A stretch of 64,000 bases of DNA from Spongiibacter sp. (GTDB lineage Bacteria; Pseudomonadota; Gammaproteobacteria; Pseudomonadales; Spongiibacteraceae), in NCBI GenBank assembly GCA_041619375.1, contig JBFKEA010000002.1, positions 1,689 to 65,688 on the forward strand, in the 5' to 3' direction. This document shows positions 59,242 through 64,000 of this stretch, piece after piece. Each line of letters starts with the position of its first letter. Position 1 is the first letter of the stretch. The position numbers were made by a program, and so were the translations under genes. The notes below the pieces were generated by a model. It was not told the origin of the DNA. It searched no databases and saw nothing but the letters and a program-made list of their open reading frames with translations.

Positions 59242-60516
59242 ATGCTCGATAGCCCGGGGCCAATTGCCAACGAACTCTGCGAAAGCCATTCCCCTACCGC
59301 CCGCTTTCAGCAGGCCCGCTGTGACTCGCTGACCTTGTCCTCGCCGCTCAGTGAAGAGGACTGCCAGCTGCAGTCCATGCCCGATGCCAGCCCGGCAAAA
59401 TGGCATTTGGCACACACCACCTGGTTCTTTGAAACCTTTTTACTCGCGCCGCTGCGCGACAACTACCAGCCCTACGACCCCGACTTTGCGCTGTTGTTTA
59501 ACAGCTACTACAACGTCATTGGCGCTCAGTTTAGCCGCCCTCAGCGCGGGCTGTTGTCGCGACCGAGCCTCGATCAAGTGCTCCGCTATCGCGACCATGT
59601 CGACCGTCATATGTTGACGCTGCTGCAGCAGGACAATGTCCCCAGCGAACTCATCGAACTGGGTATACAGCATGAGAAGCAGCACCAGGAACTGCTGCTG
59701 ATGGATATCAAACACGCCTTCTACCAAAATCCGAGCTACCCCGCCTACCACCGCCCCACCACTGCTCGCCAAGCTTTGGGCTCGCAACCGGCCGTGAGCT
59801 GGTCGCATTTCGACGAAGGCTTGGTCGAGATTGGCGCGGGCCGCGGCGGTTTTAGTTTTGATAATGAGCGCCCCGTCCACAAGGTCTGGCTTAACGCCTA
59901 TGAACTCGCCAACCGGCCAGTCAGCAATGGCGACTTTATCGCCTTCATCGAAGACCGGGGCTACCAACGTCCCGAATTCTGGCTGTCGGACGGCTGGGCA
60001 CTTATTCAGAGCGAGCAGCGCCGCGCCCCCCAATACTGGCAGCGCCACGAGGGTAAATGGTGGGAGTTCAGTTTAATGGGCCTGCGGCCACTGCACCGAG
60101 CGCAAAGCCTCTGCCATATTAACTTTTACGAGGCCGCCGCCTACGCCAACTGGGCGGGGGCGCGCCTGCCCACAGAAGCCGAGTGGGAACACGCCAGCCA
60201 CAGCGTCGCCCTGCAGGGTCACTTTGCCGATCGCGGTTACTACCACCCCGAAGCCGCAGGCCCGGAACCACTGGCGCAGCTATTTGGCGATATTTGGGAG
60301 TGGACTAATAGCAGCTACCAGCCCTACCCCGGCTTTACGCCCTTTGCCGGTAACGCCGGCGAATACAGCGGTAAATTTATGGCCGGCCAGTACGTGCTGC
60401 GCGGCGGCGCCTGCATCAGCCCCGCCGACCACCTGCGCCACAGCTATCGCAACTTTTTCTATCCCCACCAGTACTGGCAATGCGCTGGTCTGAGATTAGC
60501 CCGCGATGCGGCCTAG
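59242..60516 (+). CDS. egtB: Ergothioneine sulfoxide synthase
   Basis: QSMPDASPAKWHLAHTTWFFE, FNSYY, HEKQHQE iron motif, FGE-like domain RLPTEAEWE, GEYSGKFM and YRNFF. Confidence 0.92.
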   Translation: MLDSPGPIANELCESHSPTARFQQARCDSLTLSSPLSEEDCQLQSMPDASPAKWHLAHTTWFFETFLLAPLRDNYQPYDPDFALLFNSYYNVIGAQFSRPQRGLLSRPSLDQVLRYRDHVDRHMLTLLQQDNVPSELIELGIQHEKQHQELLLMDIKHAFYQNPSYPAYHRPTTARQALGSQPAVSWSHFDEGLVEIGAGRGGFSFDNERPVHKVWLNAYELANRPVSNGDFIAFIEDRGYQRPEFWLSDGWALIQSEQRRAPQYWQRHEGKWWEFSLMGLRPLHRAQSLCHINFYEAAAYANWAGARLPTEAEWEHASHSVALQGHFADRGYYHPEAAGPEPLAQLFGDIWEWTNSSYQPYPGFTPFAGNAGEYSGKFMAGQYVLRGGACISPADHLRHSYRNFFYPHQYWQCAGLRLARDAA

Positions 60517-60560
60517 CAGGCACTGCTGCAGTCAACAAATTCAATAAGCAGGGAGAGCTT

Positions 60561-61532
60561 ATGTACCATCCCCCAAATACGGCTATCGCCAGCCAGCATC
60601 AAGATTTCTTCCGCGATGTACTCGAAGGCCTGCGCAAACCGCAGAAAACCCTGCCCTGCAAATATTTCTACGATGCCCGCGGCTCTGCACTATTTGAAAA
60701 AATCTGCGCGCTAGATGAGTACTACCTAACACGTGCGGAAGTGGAAATATTACACGACTGCAGCCATGAAATTGCCGCCGCATTGGGCGACTTCGACTGC
60801 ATTATTGAGCCGGGCGCCGGCAGCTGCAGCAAAGTGCAGCGATTGCTCGACGACCTACCGCAACTGCGCAGCTATATCCCCATGGACATCTCGACGGCGG
60901 CGCTAGACCGAGCAGTGACTGAACTTGAGCAACGCTTCCCCAAGTTGGAAGTTCGCGCGGTTGCCGGCGACTTTACCGACAACAACTGCCTGCACAATAT
61001 CGCCAATCAGCAACACATCGGGCAGCGCCGCCTGGTATTTTTCCCCGGCTCTACCATCGGCAATTTCACTGCCAGAGAATCACTGGGGGTATTGCGCTGG
61101 TTGCGAGAATTAGCGGGTGATAACGGCGCCGTCCTCCTCGGCGCTGATCTGATTAAGTCCCGCGACCGCCTGTTAGCCGCCTACAACGACGCCGAAGGGG
61201 TCACCGCCGAATTCAACAAAAACATATTGCGCCGTATCAACCGCGAGCTGGCTGGCGACTTTAATGTCGACGACGGTTTTGCCCACCGTGCCGTTTTCAG
61301 TGAACAGCACTGCCGCGTTGAAATGCAGCTGGTCGCGCGCCGTGCGCAGAGCGTGACCATTGGCGGAGAAATACTGCAATTTCATCGCGGTGAACATATC
61401 CACACCGAGAACTCACACAAGTACAGCAAGCAACTGATCGCGCAACTGTCCTCGTCCGCCGGTTTAACCGTTGCCCAACATTGGCAAGACAGCCGCGGTG
61501 ATTTTGCTCTTTTCTTGCTGAGCGCGGACTAG
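60561..61532 (+). CDS. egtD: L-histidine N-alpha-trimethyltransferase
   Basis: KYFYDARGS.LFE.I..LDEYY.TR.E, EPGAGS, FPGSTIGNF, AYND..GVT and HTENSHKY motifs. Start placed at MYHPP after GGGAG. Confidence 0.93.
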   Translation: MYHPPNTAIASQHQDFFRDVLEGLRKPQKTLPCKYFYDARGSALFEKICALDEYYLTRAEVEILHDCSHEIAAALGDFDCIIEPGAGSCSKVQRLLDDLPQLRSYIPMDISTAALDRAVTELEQRFPKLEVRAVAGDFTDNNCLHNIANQQHIGQRRLVFFPGSTIGNFTARESLGVLRWLRELAGDNGAVLLGADLIKSRDRLLAAYNDAEGVTAEFNKNILRRINRELAGDFNVDDGFAHRAVFSEQHCRVEMQLVARRAQSVTIGGEILQFHRGEHIHTENSHKYSKQLIAQLSSSAGLTVAQHWQDSRGDFALFLLSAD

Positions 61533-61589
61533 TACTTCGCCTATAATGGCCAGTCGGCGTCTATAGAGCGCAAAAACAAGAGACCCAGC

Positions 61590-62246
61590 ATGGCCGATTG
61601 GCAGTGGCGAAAAACCGCCGACTACTTCAGTTTACAGTGGCCGCAATTGCGCCCCTGCCTCAGCTCGGCGGTACTTAACGGTGGCCTATGCCAGGCGCGC
61701 TCTCTGATTAATCTGCGCGTCAGTGGCGATGCCCCGTCACCGCTGCTCACCCCCGAACAAAGCCTGTATCAGGCCGCCCAGCAGTATCGGCTGGCCGACA
61801 ACTGCGTCGGACTAATGACCGCCGCGTCGATGAACTCCCTGCGCATCCGCGAGGCCTGCCTCCACGGTGTGGCCCTGGCGATATTCGTCAGCTGCGGACT
61901 CAGCAATGCCCGACGCGCCGGCGACCCCCACGACTGGCAGCCCGAGCACGCCCCCCGTATCGGCACCATCAACAGTGTATTGATCACCGACCTGACGCTG
62001 CCGGTCGCCACCATGGTAGAACTGCACGGTCTGCTCAGCGAAGCCAAGGCCGCAGTGTTGCAAGAACTGGATATTCGCAGCCCGCGCAGCGGAAAAGTCG
62101 CCACCGGCACCGGCACCGATGCCTGTGTGGTAATTGGCGGCCACGGCCGCGAAGAAAAGTGGTTTGGCAAGCACACCGAGGCTGGCGCGCTATGCGCGCA
62201 ATTGTATATGGACGCCCTGCGCTGCAGTATTGAGCGCAGTCCCTAA
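61590..62246 (+). CDS. Adenosylcobinamide amidohydrolase-like (CbiZ family) protein
   Basis: LSSAVLNGG, GLMTAA, GLSNA, GTIN, EAK and ATGTGTDA motifs. Confidence 0.82.
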   Translation: MADWQWRKTADYFSLQWPQLRPCLSSAVLNGGLCQARSLINLRVSGDAPSPLLTPEQSLYQAAQQYRLADNCVGLMTAASMNSLRIREACLHGVALAIFVSCGLSNARRAGDPHDWQPEHAPRIGTINSVLITDLTLPVATMVELHGLLSEAKAAVLQELDIRSPRSGKVATGTGTDACVVIGGHGREEKWFGKHTEAGALCAQLYMDALRCSIERSP

Positions 62247-62263
62247 GGGCACAAGCGGCTTCC

Positions 62264-62770
62264 CTAAACACCGCCCTCATTGGCTTTGGCGGCGGCGCGC
62301 TGGGCTTTTTTCTCGGCGCGACGGCGACTGAAAAACGCCTGCACGATGGCGCTGCTCTCTTCGGCCAATACCCCGCCCCGCCACTGCACCACATGGTTCA
62401 ATTGCGGCTGTGCAAACAACTGTAAGTGGCTACATACCGCACCGGCTTTGGGCTCATCTGCACCGTAGACCACCCTCGCAATACGGCTGTGAACAATTGC
62501 CCCGGCGCACATCGCGCAGGGCTCAATGGTGACATACAGCGTGGCGCCGGGCAGGCGGTAGTTATCGGCAGCGATCGCCGCCTGACGCAAGGCGATAATT
62601 TCGGCGTGGGCACTGGGGTCGCGACTGGAAATCGGCCGATTAAAGCCCTCACCCAGCAGCCGATCGTCGCGCACAACCAGCGCACCCACTGGCACCTCGT
62701 TGCGCTGCTGAGCCTGCTGCGCCAGTTCAAGGGCGCGTGTCATCCAATATTCGTCGTTGTACACGGGCAT
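62264..62770 (-). CDS. tadA: tRNA adenosine(34) deaminase
   Basis: EVPVGA, DPSAHAE, TIEPCAMCAGA and FFSRRR motifs. Confidence 0.95.
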   Translation of the reverse strand: MPVYNDEYWMTRALELAQQAQQRNEVPVGALVVRDDRLLGEGFNRPISSRDPSAHAEIIALRQAAIAADNYRLPGATLYVTIEPCAMCAGAIVHSRIARVVYGADEPKAGAVCSHLQLFAQPQLNHVVQWRGGVLAEESSAIVQAFFSRRRAEKKAQRAAAKANEGGV

Positions 62771-62854
62771 ACCGAGAGCGAGTGACTGTAAGGCAATTTT
62801 ACCGCAGTTAATCGCGGCCGGGGACCTATTTCGCCCCTTTGCAGACCGGCCAGC

Positions 62855-63877
62855 CTAGCCAGCCGGGCCCGCTTGCGGCTCTGCAGTGGCAGTCACACGA
62901 TTAGGGCAGCTTTTCCCCTGCTCAATATCGGTAAGATTCTGCAGGGTGGTCATTGCGATTTTTTCTAAAGCGTCAATGGAAAAGAACGCCTGGTGGCCGG
63001 TGATCAGCACATTGGGGAAGGTCAGCAAACGGGCAAACACATCGTCTTCAAGAATTTTATCTGACACATCCTCAAAAAAGATATCCGCCTCCTCCTCATA
63101 AACATCGAGCCCCAGATAGCCAATTTTCCCGCGCTTTAAATGCTCGATAACGGCGGCGGTATCAACCAAGGCCCCTCGACTGGTGTTGATTAACATCACC
63201 CCATCTCGCATCGCGGAGATAGCACTGTCATCGATCAGATGGACGGTCTCAGGTGTTAGCGGGCAGTGCAGGCTGAGCACGTCTGCCCGCGTCAACAGCT
63301 CATTGAATTCGATGTATTCGACGCCGTTGGCAATACAATTCTCATTGGGAAAGGGATCACAGGCGATCACTTTGCAGCCAAAACCAAGCATGATTTGGCA
63401 AAATACCGAGCCTATCCTGCCCGTTCCGACCACCCCCACCGTTTTCGTATTCAGGTTAAAACCCAGCAGCCCCTCTAGAGAAAAATTACCCTCGCGCACG
63501 CGATTATACGCCCGGTAGATTTTGCGATTCAGCGCCAGAATTAAGGCCACAGCATGTTCAGCAACGCCGTGGGGAGAGTACTCGGGAACACGCACCACTG
63601 TTATCGCCAGGCGAGTCGCGGCGTCGAGATCAACATTGTTAAATCCCGCGCACCGCAGTGCCACGGTACGGATACCGCAAGCCGCTAATTTTTCCAAGCA
63701 GGCTTGATCCAAGTCGTCATTAACGAAGGCACACACCGCATCAAAGCCCGCCTCCAGGTTCGCCGTCATCGCATTCAGGTGCGCATCAAAGTAAACAAGG
63801 TCGTGGCCAAACTGGCTATTGATACGGGAAAAGAACATCCGGTCATAGGACTTGGCGCCAAAAACGGCAACTTTCAT
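62855..63877 (-). CDS. ldhA: NAD-dependent D-lactate dehydrogenase (2-hydroxyacid dehydrogenase)
   Basis: LRCAGFNNVD, GVVGTGRIG, INTSRG, DVYEEE and TGHQAF motifs. Confidence 0.9.
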   Translation of the reverse strand: MKVAVFGAKSYDRMFFSRINSQFGHDLVYFDAHLNAMTANLEAGFDAVCAFVNDDLDQACLEKLAACGIRTVALRCAGFNNVDLDAATRLAITVVRVPEYSPHGVAEHAVALILALNRKIYRAYNRVREGNFSLEGLLGFNLNTKTVGVVGTGRIGSVFCQIMLGFGCKVIACDPFPNENCIANGVEYIEFNELLTRADVLSLHCPLTPETVHLIDDSAISAMRDGVMLINTSRGALVDTAAVIEHLKRGKIGYLGLDVYEEEADIFFEDVSDKILEDDVFARLLTFPNVLITGHQAFFSIDALEKIAMTTLQNLTDIEQGKSCPNRVTATAEPQAGPAG

Positions 63878-64000
63878 AGGCTGCTACCCCACTCTGCGCT
63901 CCGCCAGCACTCGCGCACTCTCTAACACTAGCCTATATATCCACCATTACGAGGTGGGCAGCACATTGGTTTGCGCCGTCGACCTAAGGCTTGCTGAATT

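Noticed and set aside
59242-60516. Selenoneine (SenA) or ovothiol (OvoA) interpretation of the sulfoxide synthase
   Set aside because: No SenB glycosyltransferase or selenophosphate synthetase adjacent and no C-terminal methyltransferase fusion; adjacency to egtD favours EgtB.

Overview
A gene-dense, GC-rich chromosomal window from a Gram-negative gammaproteobacterium. The alaS-lysC-csrA-tRNA-Ser synteny and the lipid-catabolism and TonB gene content suggest a marine Cellvibrionales/Spongiibacteraceae-like organism; this taxonomy is inferred from gene content only. I call 53 CDS and one tRNA-Ser(GCT). I found no integrase, transposase, prophage, rRNA or CRISPR array. Housekeeping genes (glpK, alaS, lysC, csrA, greB, gcvP, trmH, tadA, ldhA) alternate with accessory modules. 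The modules most worth follow-up are: (1) a RimK-like ATP-grasp ligase divergent from a GNAT/C39-peptidase fusion and a QEGLA/DUF1704 HExxxH metallopeptidase, a candidate peptide-tag writer/eraser system; (2) a sulfur-oxidiser-type Sat plus CysC, a LysR with a perfect operator dyad, a sulfotransferase and a DUF1214 protein, a candidate regulated sulfation system; (3) a translationally coupled trio of small periplasmic-binding protein, beta-barrel and membrane c-di-GMP phosphodiesterase; (4) a TonB receptor-START-diiron-like-hydrolase-flavin monooxygenase lipid cluster with a repeated ACAT-N6-ATG operator; (5) an 805-aa Cys-rich acidic lipoprotein with an OmpA/TSP3 partner, preceded by a 10-bp periodic array; (6) phzF-like-egtB-egtD-cbiZ-like. 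All family assignments come from motif recognition by eye; no database search was run.
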